DNA of 64,000 bases from Chloropicon primus (Eukaryota): NCBI GenBank assembly GCA_023205875.1, contig CP060755.1, forward strand, positions 1,488,001-1,552,000, in the 5' to 3' direction. The notes under the pieces are model-generated. The model saw nothing but the letters and a program-made list of their open reading frames with translations. It searched no databases and was not told the origin of the DNA. Position numbers and translations under genes: made by a program. Positions 9,692 to 18,473 of the stretch are shown piece after piece (position 1 is the first letter of the stretch; each line of letters begins with the position of its first letter).

Positions 9692-10549
9692 ATGGGGGAC
9701 CTTCGAGAGTTTGTCGCAGGTGGTTTGGGTGGCGTGGTGGGAATCACGGTGTGCCAGCCACTCGACATGATCAAGGTGAGACTGCAGTCGAGTGGTAAGG
9801 TGTTTGGAAGGCAGCGATCGAACATTCAGATCATGGCAAGCATTGCCAAGAAGGAGGCCCTGTCTTCTTTGTGGAAGGGGATGTCGGTGCCACTGTATTC
9901 CAATGCCTTGCAGAATGCCTTTGTGTTTCATGCGTACAGCCAGGCGGTGAAAGCTTTAGCTTCTGGCGAAAGAGAAAGCGGGTCGCCACCACTGGGGACA
10001 GTCTTCGCTTCTGGCTGCATTGCGGGCGCCGCCCAGGCTCTGATCACGACCCCTGTCGAGCACGTCAAGATAAGATCCCAAATGCAGAGGGCGAAGCCAG
10101 GCAGCGTAGGTTACGTGACCCCCCGAACCATTGTGGCCCACCTTGCGAGACGCCAAGGGTTTCGCGGTGTCTTCTCTGGGCTTGCTGCGACGGTGCTTAG
10201 GGACACGCCGTCTTACGGCGTCTATTTCTTTCTGTACGATTTCACGAGGGAGTTGATGACCCCGAATTCCAGGCAGACGGGCAGTGATGGGCCACTGCAC
10301 CACCTGCTGGCCGGCGGCGTCGCGGGCGTGGGAGCCTGGGCGTCCATCTACCCCGTCGACGTGGTGAAGACCCGTATTCAGGCTTCGGAGCTGGGGACGA
10401 AGAGGTCTTTCCTCGAGTGCGCGAGGGAGATCCACAGGGAGAATGGGGTCTCAGGCTTTGGGCGCGGGTTTTCCAGCTGCCTTTTGAGAGCCTTTATGAT
10501 GAACAGTGTTATTTTTGCTATCTACGAGTTTACGCTCAAACTACTGTAA
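9692..10549 (+). CDS. Mitochondrial carrier family protein (basic amino acid/carnitine carrier-like)
   Basis: Three PxD/ExxKxR repeats: 'PLDMIKVRLQ', 'PVEHVKIRSQ', 'PVDVVKTRIQ'; 'RDTPSYGVYF'. Confidence 0.9.
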   Translation: MGDLREFVAGGLGGVVGITVCQPLDMIKVRLQSSGKVFGRQRSNIQIMASIAKKEALSSLWKGMSVPLYSNALQNAFVFHAYSQAVKALASGERESGSPPLGTVFASGCIAGAAQALITTPVEHVKIRSQMQRAKPGSVGYVTPRTIVAHLARRQGFRGVFSGLAATVLRDTPSYGVYFFLYDFTRELMTPNSRQTGSDGPLHHLLAGGVAGVGAWASIYPVDVVKTRIQASELGTKRSFLECAREIHRENGVSGFGRGFSSCLLRAFMMNSVIFAIYEFTLKLL

Positions 10550-10595
10550 CTTATTTTCTGTTTTTCATTGACTAGCGAGGAGTCACCCCGCTTCT

Positions 10596-12518
10596 TCATG
10601 CGCCTACAGCCGCCAGGGCCAAGGCGACGTCATCATCAGCTGCGGAATCGTCTGTTTCCCTCATGATATCCGAGGCCAAGGTTCGTATGTTGGAGGACAG
10701 ACCCAAAGTGCCCGCTGAGAGGTCCGAGAGCCCGAAATTCAGCTGCATCCGCAGCTCCTTCCTCTCAGCTTCCAGCTCCGCTACCTTGATCAGCAGGAGG
10801 GTGTACTCCCTCTCCAGCCTCGAAGAGTTCTCCTCCGCTTTGCCGAGCTTGCGCTTGAGGTTCGCATTGGCGTTCAAGTAAGTCTTAATGGCTGACTGCT
10901 GTGCTTCCTCGTGCCTCTTTGTTGTGGTGGCCCTTTCCAAGGCAAAGTTCCTTCTCGAGTCCTCCAGCTCAGCCTCTTTTACCTTGATCTGGTCTTCGTA
11001 ACTCCTGCGGCAAGACCTTAGCCTGTCCTCGACCTGGTCAAATTCGTGCTCAAGCTTCTTCTTCTCCCTCTCCAGGCGCTCGGCCTCCGAGGAGGATCTC
11101 AGGCACTTGTCCGTCTGCTTTTCGAGATCCTGCAAGATTGCCGAGTTCTCCTTCTTGCACCTGATCACCTCTGTCTGCAACTTCCTGGCAGTCTCCTCCG
11201 CGCTGTCGACCTTGTCCTTCAGCACCGAGTTCTCCTCCTTGAGCAGAGCGTTGGTCCTCTCCAGAGTCACGATCTTCTCCACGCCGGAGTCCAACTCCAT
11301 CTGCAGCTGAGACAGCCTCTTCTGCGTCTCCATCATCGAGGCGCGGTCCTTCGCGTCGTTCTCGATCCCGGAGAGTTTCAACCTCGCGTTCGCAGCCTCA
11401 AGCTTGCCCACGTATTCCTTGTGCTCGTCTTGCAAATCTTTGATTTCCTTCATGTGCTGGGTCGTCAGCAGAGCCAAGCGCTTCTCCTGCGACGCCATGG
11501 AGTTCTCGAGGGTCCTCTTGTCCCTCTCGAGGTTCGACTTCAGTTTCAGGACATTGCTCTCGTCCAGGGTCCGTTCGGCCTCCCTCTGGACGGAGAACGC
11601 CTCCAGTTCCGACTTTTGCTTCGACAGGTCCTTCTGGGCCTGCAGCAGTTCCTTATGCAGCTCCGCGTCCCTTTCCTTCGTCTTCCTCATCTCCTCCTGC
11701 AAGTGCTCGCACTGCCGGTGGAGCGTGTCGTTCTTGCTCTTCAAGCGCGACTCCGACTCCCACCACTCGGCCCTCGCCTCGTTCAGGGCCTTCACCTCCT
11801 TCTGCACCTCCGCGTCAGCTCGGAGTCTGGCCTCCCTCTCCTGCTTCACCTCGTCGAGAAGGGACTTTTGCTGCTGCTCCAGGCTCAGGCACTGGACTTC
11901 CAGCTCGTTCTTCGCCCTCGTCACCTCGTTTGGATCCTGACCGAAGAGCTCCGTCAGTTTCTTCGTCTCCTCCACTTCCTCGAGGAGAGCCGAGTACCTC
12001 GACTCTTGGACCTCCAAGTCATTCTGCAGCCGCCGTGTCGTGTTGGCGAGTTCCTCCTTCAGCACCTCCTGCACCTTCCACAGCTCAGTGCAGTCCTCTA
12101 TCTTTTCGTGCACGAGGCCGTCGAGCTGGTCGATCTTGGCCAAGAAAGGACCCTCGATCTCCGTCCTCAGCCTCTCCTCCAGAGCCTTCGCCTCGGTCTG
12201 CGTCAAGATGTGAGACTTGGCCTCCTCGAAGTTCTTGTAGCTCTGCTCGAGCTCCTGGGCGAGCTCCTCCACCGTGGCGGAGACCTCCGCCTCCCGCGAG
12301 ACCAAGTCGCTCCTCAGGACGTTGTTCTCCTCCTGGAGCTCCTCGTTATTCGCTCTCAACTCCTTGTGCACTGCCTGCAAGTCCACGAAATTTGACCGCA
12401 GCCTCACATTCTCGCGCTTGATGTCCTGGAGAGCGCGCAAGAGCTTCTCGAGCTTCTCCACGCGACCGAGGTCCTCCTCCCCTCCCCCGCCAACCCACTC
12501 CTCCGACGTCGACGACAT
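10596..12518 (-). CDS. Long coiled-coil protein, CEP83 (CCDC41, centriole distal appendage)-like
   Basis: All coiled-coil. 'KSHILTQTEAKALEERLRTEIEGPFLAKIDQLD' resembles the recalled CEP83 segment (ILTP..LELLR..I..ELE.P...R...LD). ATG at 12518. Confidence 0.5.
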   Translation of the reverse strand: MSSTSEEWVGGGGEEDLGRVEKLEKLLRALQDIKRENVRLRSNFVDLQAVHKELRANNEELQEENNVLRSDLVSREAEVSATVEELAQELEQSYKNFEEAKSHILTQTEAKALEERLRTEIEGPFLAKIDQLDGLVHEKIEDCTELWKVQEVLKEELANTTRRLQNDLEVQESRYSALLEEVEETKKLTELFGQDPNEVTRAKNELEVQCLSLEQQQKSLLDEVKQEREARLRADAEVQKEVKALNEARAEWWESESRLKSKNDTLHRQCEHLQEEMRKTKERDAELHKELLQAQKDLSKQKSELEAFSVQREAERTLDESNVLKLKSNLERDKRTLENSMASQEKRLALLTTQHMKEIKDLQDEHKEYVGKLEAANARLKLSGIENDAKDRASMMETQKRLSQLQMELDSGVEKIVTLERTNALLKEENSVLKDKVDSAEETARKLQTEVIRCKKENSAILQDLEKQTDKCLRSSSEAERLEREKKKLEHEFDQVEDRLRSCRRSYEDQIKVKEAELEDSRRNFALERATTTKRHEEAQQSAIKTYLNANANLKRKLGKAEENSSRLEREYTLLLIKVAELEAERKELRMQLNFGLSDLSAGTLGLSSNIRTLASDIMRETDDSAADDDVALALAAVGA

Positions 12519-12600
12519 CCTTCGCCACACGCACACACACTCTCTCTGGCGCTCCCCCTTCTGTCGTATTGTGCCCAATTTAAAACTACCGCGAAAAAAA

Positions 12601-12863
12601 TCGTAGCGTGACGGAGGAGTACACCTCTCAATGCTGTGGCAAATGCGGAAACCTCAAGAAGAACCTGGGTGGATCAAAGGTTTACAAGTGCCAGAAGTGT
12701 GGCTTCAAGTGCGGTCGGGACGATAACGGGGCACGCAACATCCTTCTCAAGCACTTGTGTGAACCACAAGAAGTGTAGCTCTTCGGAGCTGCTCGGGTTT
12801 GTTAGTACCGATATCCCCAGGCCATTGTTTCACCAACCAATGGCTTTGAAACTAAACTAACAG
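12601..12863 (+). mobile_element. 5'-truncated Fanzor2 / IS607-like TnpB element remnant (nuclease 3' end plus omegaRNA/right end)
   Basis: Intergenic, more AT-rich than the flanking genes. TnpB/Fanzor C-terminal coding fragment followed by a structured RNA ending ...ACTAACAG|GG. Left boundary uncertain. Confidence 0.78.
12608..12778 (+). pseudogene. C-terminal fragment (56 aa) of Fanzor/TnpB RuvC nuclease
   Basis: Translates VTEEYTSQCCGKCGNLKKNLGGSKVYKCQKCGFKCGRDDNGARNILLKHLCEPQEV*: ExYTS motif, CxxC-x14-CxxC zinc ribbon, RuvC-III RDxNxARNI. In-frame TAA at 12581 upstream and no ATG. Below the 60-aa ORF-track cut-off. Confidence 0.87.
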
Positions 12864-12885
12864 GGAATTACCTCAAATAAATTTA
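12775..12885 (+). ncRNA. Candidate Fanzor omegaRNA scaffold (12775-12863) plus guide (~12864-12885)
   Basis: GTAGCTC-TTCG-GAGCTGC hairpin (12775-12792). TGTTAGT (12800-12806) is complementary to ACTAACA (12856-12862). Stem AGGCCATTG/CAATGGCTT (12819-12846). Position at the nuclease 3' end is typical of omegaRNAs. Confidence 0.62.
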
Positions 12886-12918
12886 CTTCTTTTTTTTTTT
12901 TTAGGAAAAGAAAAGATT

Positions 12919-14637
12919 TCACGAGTTGGTCGCCTGCTGAAGTTGGTCCGCCATGATGCTCAACTGGTCGTGGAAGATGACCTTCATCTCCTTGATGTCG
13001 TCCTCGAGCTGCTCGATCCTTTCCTCCCCTTCGCCCACCAGGATCATGGCCGTGTCGCACCGCTTGGTCAAGTCGTTCACGGTCCGCTCCAGCTTCACGC
13101 ATTCATCCAGGGCCTCGTTCCTTGACTCTTCTGTGCTCCTCAGCTGCTCCTTCAGGCTTCTCACTTCCCCGTCCTGGTCCCTCCCGCCGTTCTGAAGCAG
13201 GCCCCAATTGATTTTGGCACTGGAGTCTTTGAGCAAGTCCTCGAGGCCGTTCGAGTCCTCGAGGGCCGCCTCGCCTCTGCCGGACGTGCCCAAGTGACTC
13301 AACTGCTCCTTCTGCTCGTCGATGATCTCCCCGTTCGTCTTAATAATCCCCTTGTACCTGTCCTCCAGGTGCCTGATCTCACTCTCCTTGTCGGCCAGTT
13401 TCCTCTCAAACTCCATCTCCTGCCTGTCAATCCGTTGCAGCAGGGACTGCTCTCTCTCGCTGAAGCTCTTCACCTCGTTCTCCAGCCCCGCGGCTTTCCT
13501 CACCGAGGACAGCACCCTTTGGTGCTGCTGCTCCAGCTGCCTGTTCGTGTCCGCCACCGTCTCTTTCAGCTTGATGACGACCTCCTCGGTAGACATCGCG
13601 ATAGTCTCCGAGGCCAGGAGCTTCCCCTCAAGAACTCGGATGTGGTCGTCCTTCTCCGCTAGCCTGGCCCTGAAATCAGCCGCCACGGCGTTTGCCTCCT
13701 CAGAAGCCTGCTGCGCCCCGGCCCTCAGCATCTCGATCTCCGCGAGGTATGGCTTCTGTTGATCCGCGTAGGCGTTCCCCATTTCCGCCAGCTTCGTCTC
13801 CAGCTGCTGGTACTTGTGCTCCAGGAATCGATTCTCTTTTCGGACGCTGTCCTCCCTCTCCGCGGCGGTGCTCTCCAATTCCATCAAAGAGCTCTGGAGC
13901 CTCTGCACTTGCTCGGAGAGCTTGTACTCCTTCTCCCTCGAGAGAATCGCCTCGTGCTTGTGCTCCTCCTCAAGGCGCGCTCTGTAGTCCTCCAGCTGCT
14001 TCTCGTACCCCCTCTTCAGCTTGTCCGACATGGCCTCGTACTTTGCGCGCTCCTGCTCCAGGTCCTTGGACAGGTTCTCAAACTTTTCTCCGTTTTCACC
14101 GCCACCCCCCGGGCCACTGCCTTCGCAGTTCTCCCTCCGAAAGCCCTTCTTGAGGCTCTGCACTTGGTCGTGCAAGCGCTCCCTCTCCGCGGTCTCCTCC
14201 CGCAGGCTGCTCCTCAGCTTCTTCACAGTCCCCTCCAGCTCGCCTATCTTCCGTGCCAGCCCGTCCCCCTCGCCCTGGAGCGCCGCTATCGTCTCGTCCT
14301 TGTCCCTTATCCGGGTGTCTTTCGTGTCCTGAGAATCCCTCAGCTCATGCAGCTCGGCCCGCAACCCGTCCCGCTGCTCTGTGACGCCGATGAGCTTATC
14401 CTCCAAGGACGCCAACCGCTCCGCGAACTCCTGCGTGAGCTCCTCCATTTCGTCGCCCCCCTGCCCCCCCGTTGGGCTCGAGCCCGCACGAGCACGCGCC
14501 TGCAGCTCCTCATTCTCCTCCTGCAAAGCCTTATTCAACACGCCAAGCGTCGCCACCTTCCTCTCCAACTGCTTCACCTTCCGCGAAAGTTGCGCGGACT
14601 CCGCCCTCGGCGAACTCCCCACCCCGCTCATCCCCAT
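12919..14637 (-). CDS. TMF1: TATA element modulatory factor TMF1 / golgin candidate 5
   Basis: 'KDETIAALQGEGDGLARKIGELEGTVKKLR' (TMF DNA-binding-like) and C-terminal 'RCDTAMILVGEGEERIEQLEDDIKEMKVIFHDQL' (TMF TATA-binding-like). Confidence 0.82.
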   Translation of the reverse strand: MGMSGVGSSPRAESAQLSRKVKQLERKVATLGVLNKALQEENEELQARARAGSSPTGGQGGDEMEELTQEFAERLASLEDKLIGVTEQRDGLRAELHELRDSQDTKDTRIRDKDETIAALQGEGDGLARKIGELEGTVKKLRSSLREETAERERLHDQVQSLKKGFRRENCEGSGPGGGGENGEKFENLSKDLEQERAKYEAMSDKLKRGYEKQLEDYRARLEEEHKHEAILSREKEYKLSEQVQRLQSSLMELESTAAEREDSVRKENRFLEHKYQQLETKLAEMGNAYADQQKPYLAEIEMLRAGAQQASEEANAVAADFRARLAEKDDHIRVLEGKLLASETIAMSTEEVVIKLKETVADTNRQLEQQHQRVLSSVRKAAGLENEVKSFSEREQSLLQRIDRQEMEFERKLADKESEIRHLEDRYKGIIKTNGEIIDEQKEQLSHLGTSGRGEAALEDSNGLEDLLKDSSAKINWGLLQNGGRDQDGEVRSLKEQLRSTEESRNEALDECVKLERTVNDLTKRCDTAMILVGEGEERIEQLEDDIKEMKVIFHDQLSIMADQLQQATNS

Positions 14638-15091
14638 TCCATCGACGAGAGTTGAGATCTCTCACGCCTACGCCTCTCCTTCTCTCTCCCCTCGTCTCTC
14701 CGACGAGCACCGAGGAAGACCTGGTGGACAAGGAAGCGCTGTCCTCGACTCCCTCGCCTGCCCCCAATTATCGACACACGAACGACCCGCCTCTCCTCCC
14801 CTCTCACAAACGAGCCCAGCAGAGGGAGAGCCGAGAGAGCCTGCCTCTCCTCTTTGTGAAACATTTCCATACGGAAATGTCACGTGCGAATATTTGGGAG
14901 GAACGGGATGAAGAGGTTGTCCCTTTCAAGCGCTTTGAAGGGTTGGGTTGGGAGACAGGGGAGGAGAATATTCGATTCCAAAGCCGCCAGCGTTGACTTT
15001 GAGGTGAATGCGAGGCGTGAGGGCTCATTATTGCTTGACCGAAAGCGTGCGGCATACGGTGGCCAGGTTCAGTACGGGAGCGAGCGACACC

Positions 15092-16202
15092 ATGAAGCAG
15101 ACAGCACTTGATCAGATCTCCGTGGTAAGGCACAGCCCAGCCATCTTTCACCTCTCAGTCGACTCGCAGAGTATGGGGAAACAAGTTCTCTGACAACCTT
15201 TTCCTGTTTTAGAAAGGCAAGTTCGAGAGGAAGGAGAGCCAGTTTCGCAACTTTGTCGGGAAGGAGGAATCGAACAAGTTCCAGCCCGAGAGGAACAGGT
15301 ACCACCTGTACATCTCCCGAGCTTGTCCCTGGGCCAACAGGACTCACCAGTTCGTGAACCTCAAGGGCTTGCAGGATGTCATCCAGATCCACTCCGTCCA
15401 CCCGACTTGGAGGCGGACGAGGCCCGAGGAGGACTCGCACTCGGGTTGGCACTTCGTGGGAGAGGGCGAGGAGGAGTACGTGGACGACTTTGGGCGCTCC
15501 CACTCCACGCAGGGGTGCACGCCGGATCGCCTGAACGGCTGCAAAACCGTCAGGGAGCTCTACGACTTGGCTGCGGGCGGGACGTGGGACAAGTCTGCGT
15601 TCACGACGCCCGTGCTTTGGTGCTCCAAGGAGAAGACGATCGTGAACAACGAGAGCTCTGAGATCTGCAGAATGTTGAACAACAGCTTCAACGAGTTTGC
15701 GAAGAACAAGCACGTCGACCTGTACCCCGACCGCTTGAGTGAAAAAATAGCAGAGTTGGAGGGGTGGGTCTACCACGACATCAACAACGGCGTGTACAAG
15801 TGCGGCTTCGCGTCGTCCCAGGAGGCCTACGACGAGGCGGTGGGCACCCTCTTTGGGGCTCTTGACAGGGTCGAAGCGGTGCTGGACAAGTCGCGGTATT
15901 TGGCCGGAGACCAAATCACTGGAATTGACGTTTGGCTCTTCAACACTCTGATCCGCTTCGACGCCGTCTACGTGGTGTACTTCAAGACCTGCAAGAAGTG
16001 CCTCAGGGAGTACCACAACATCTTGAACTACCTGAAGGATCTCTACCAGGTTCCGGAGATCGGAGAGACGGTGGACTTTTGGAACATCCGCACGCACTAC
16101 TTCACGTCCCACCCAAAGTTGAATCCACACGGGATTGTGCCGCCCATGCCGGATGTGGACTACAACTCACAGCACGATCGAGCCACGAGGAAGTACAACT
16201 GA
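15092..16202 (+). CDS. Glutathionyl-hydroquinone reductase (GST Xi/omega-like, ECM4/YqjG family); intron 15125-15212
   Basis: MKQTALDQISV|KGKFERKESQFRNF..RYHLYISRACPWANR, 'TIVNNESSEI', 'INNGVYKCGFA', 'HYFTSHPKLNPHGIVP'. In-frame ATG at 15008 may add a targeting peptide. Confidence 0.92.
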
Positions 16203-16289
16203 TACGTGGGTTGTTATGATTACAAGTTCGGAAGAGTAATCGCGTCCGGGAAGACTCAAAACCTTTTTGATGATTGATCCCAATCCCAT

Positions 16290-17126
16290 TTAATCAAAGA
16301 AGTCCGGCTCCCCAACGTTCTGGACGAGGAGGATGTCGTTCCTGCTGTCCACCGCTAGCCTGTACGTCTCGTCGATGTACAGGTTGTCAAACCACCCTTT
16401 GCCGACCGGTGGCAAGTTGAAGACAGAGGAGGGCAAAGCCAGCTTGGCGCCCGTGAACTCAAAGTTGGCCCTCCTATCGTTCTTCGCATCCGTGCTCAGA
16501 CTGAAGGGGAAGAGGAGGGGTCAGCGGCAGCTGGTCGTGCAATTTCAGAGCCAGGAAGGGATCAACGCACCTTGAGTCGACGACGAACGACGCGCCGTTG
16601 CTGAATTCTATGCGGTTCTGTAGCCTCTTCCGCTCTAGATCAATGACCTGCCGAACTTCCGTGTCCAGGCCAAGGAGCTTCTTGGCGCTGCTGCAGATAA
16701 ACAGGGTCTCCTGCGGCAGTCATGCCCGCGTCAGATCACACCAGAAACTTGCCAAACCTCACATGGGTGAATCCCCTCGATCCTCACCTTTTCTGTCGTG
16801 AACACGAGTTTCCAGCTCTTGGATAACTCGTCGTTCACCTCGACTGGCGACGACGTGGACGCGATGGAGTTGCACGCCTCCTCGATCTCCTTCCTGGCCC
16901 CTGCGCCAAGGTTCTGCCCTTGCTGCGTCCCCTCCACGAGTCCCAGAATGCGCTGGATGGCCTCTGGACCCCCTCCTTCTGGCTTCTTCCTCGCTCTCCC
17001 GATTACATCTCGCCTTCCCACTGCCCTTCTGCGCCCCCGCGCTCCATCAAAACCGCTTCTCACCCTGACGATGCCGCATCGCCTCCCGCACCCGCCCACC
17101 ACTGGACTGCGCCCCTCCCTCCTCAT
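16290..17126 (-). CDS. Plastid lipid-associated protein/fibrillin (exons 17126-16788, 16710-16571, 16500-16290)
   Basis: Transit-like N-terminus; 'LSKSWKLVFTTEK|ETLFI', 'RANFEFTGAKL', 'LPPVGKGWFDNLYIDETYRLAVDSRNDILLV'. Confidence 0.85.
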
Positions 17127-17201
17127 CGACCGACGCGCTCTCTCCCTCCCTGGCCCCGCGCTCCAGATCTCCAAGTGTGAGTGGCAGTGCTTGGAGCGAG
17201 G

Positions 17202-18419
17202 ATGTTGGGTAGGATTGGGAAGGAGCTTCAGGCGATAGGGCAGAGGTATAATGGGTTGAGGTCCTTCATAGCACTGCTGGAGTCCCCCGTGCTCCGCCAG
17301 TCTTGCAACGACTTCCTCGACTGCGAGAGGTTAAGCAGCGAGGTCTTTCAGAAGTTCATGAATTCGAGCAAGCCACTGGTGGACCGTGTGAACGAGGCCA
17401 ATAACATCACTGCGCCCATCGACAACTTCATATTGAAGTCGATGTACTGGGACTTCAAGATCCCTTCGCTCAAGGTGAGCCTTGATGCCCCATCAGTGCT
17501 CTCTCTGTCGCTGAGCGATGTCGCTGTGTTCTGACGCGTGTTGCTGTTTTGCTCTTCACCACCATCTTCCCCTCGTTTCCTCCTCGTTTCCTCCAAGTTC
17601 ACCGAGTGCACCAGGCAGCAGCCACTGTTTCAAAAGTGGTTTCTCTGGGATTCGGAGGAGTCCTTTACGGGTTTTGGGTTCGCTTGCTTCAAGCTTCAGG
17701 ACAACACCATGTTTGACAGAGCTTACTCGAAGGAGCTCTACGGCCTCCACGGGGCTGGAGAGGTTCTTGTGGCCAAGGTAAGCCGCTCCCCGCACCGACT
17801 GCTCGACCAGCAATGAACTGACGCGCGATGACGTGCACCTCCACGTGGTTTCTTGGCCCTCCACTGCGAGTCACCAGCACCTGTTCATGAATTTTGGGCA
17901 CATCCAACCGGCGGACGCGCTGCAGTTCGGGGACATTGTTCTGATGAAAGATCCGAGGGGTGAAGACGGCCCGCGCGAGCGGCTATTGGTGAGAAGGATC
18001 GGCGCCCTCCCCGGGGAGACGGTGGAATCGGCTTCCAACTCGGAGGACAACCTTAAGCTCGAGCCTCACGAGGTTTGGGTCATGGCCGATAACGACGAGG
18101 GGTAAGTGAAGTCGCTTCCGGAAGAGGGAGAGGGAGAGTTTCGTTCCGTTCCGTTCCGTCTTTTAGTTTGCGCTGGACTGACCCCCGAGCTCGCTCCCAC
18201 AGAGAAACTGAGGAATTCCTGCCACCGGACAGCAGGACCTTTGGTCCCGTGGACGCCAGAGAACACGTTTTCGGCAGAGTGGTTTATTCCATAAGAACCG
18301 CGGTGGATCACAGCCCCGTGAAGAACCCTTCGCCGAGATCACGGGCGCTGGACAGGGAAAGCGTCTTTGCCCTCGACGACCACGAGGTCGTCCAGAAGTT
18401 CTTGGACGCCTATTCATAA
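17202..18419 (+). CDS. Peptidase S24/S26 (IMP/signal peptidase)-fold protein, plant-type, probably catalytically degenerate; 4 exons
   Basis: Spliced pieces 'FGDIVLMKDP', 'LLVRRIGALPGE', 'VWVMADN', 'DSRTFGPV', 'GRVVYSIRTAVDHSPVKN'. Introns start GTGAGC (17475), GTAAGC (~17778) and GTAAGT (~18102). Confidence 0.75.
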
Positions 18420-18473
18420 CGCCTTCGATGTCCTCTGATCGTGGGCAATTTTTTGTAAATATTTTTAGAAGCC

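Noticed and set aside
12404..12607. Upstream continuation of the Fanzor ORF (RuvC-I, WED/REC) or a TnpA gene
   Set aside because: In-frame stop at 12581 and the CEP83-like 5' region lies immediately upstream; no full-length nuclease or transposase seen in this window.
12636..12860. 74-aa ORF MANAETSRR... from the ORF track
   Set aside because: Alternative frame over the Fanzor remnant; GTG start and no motifs. The motif-bearing frame starts at 12608.
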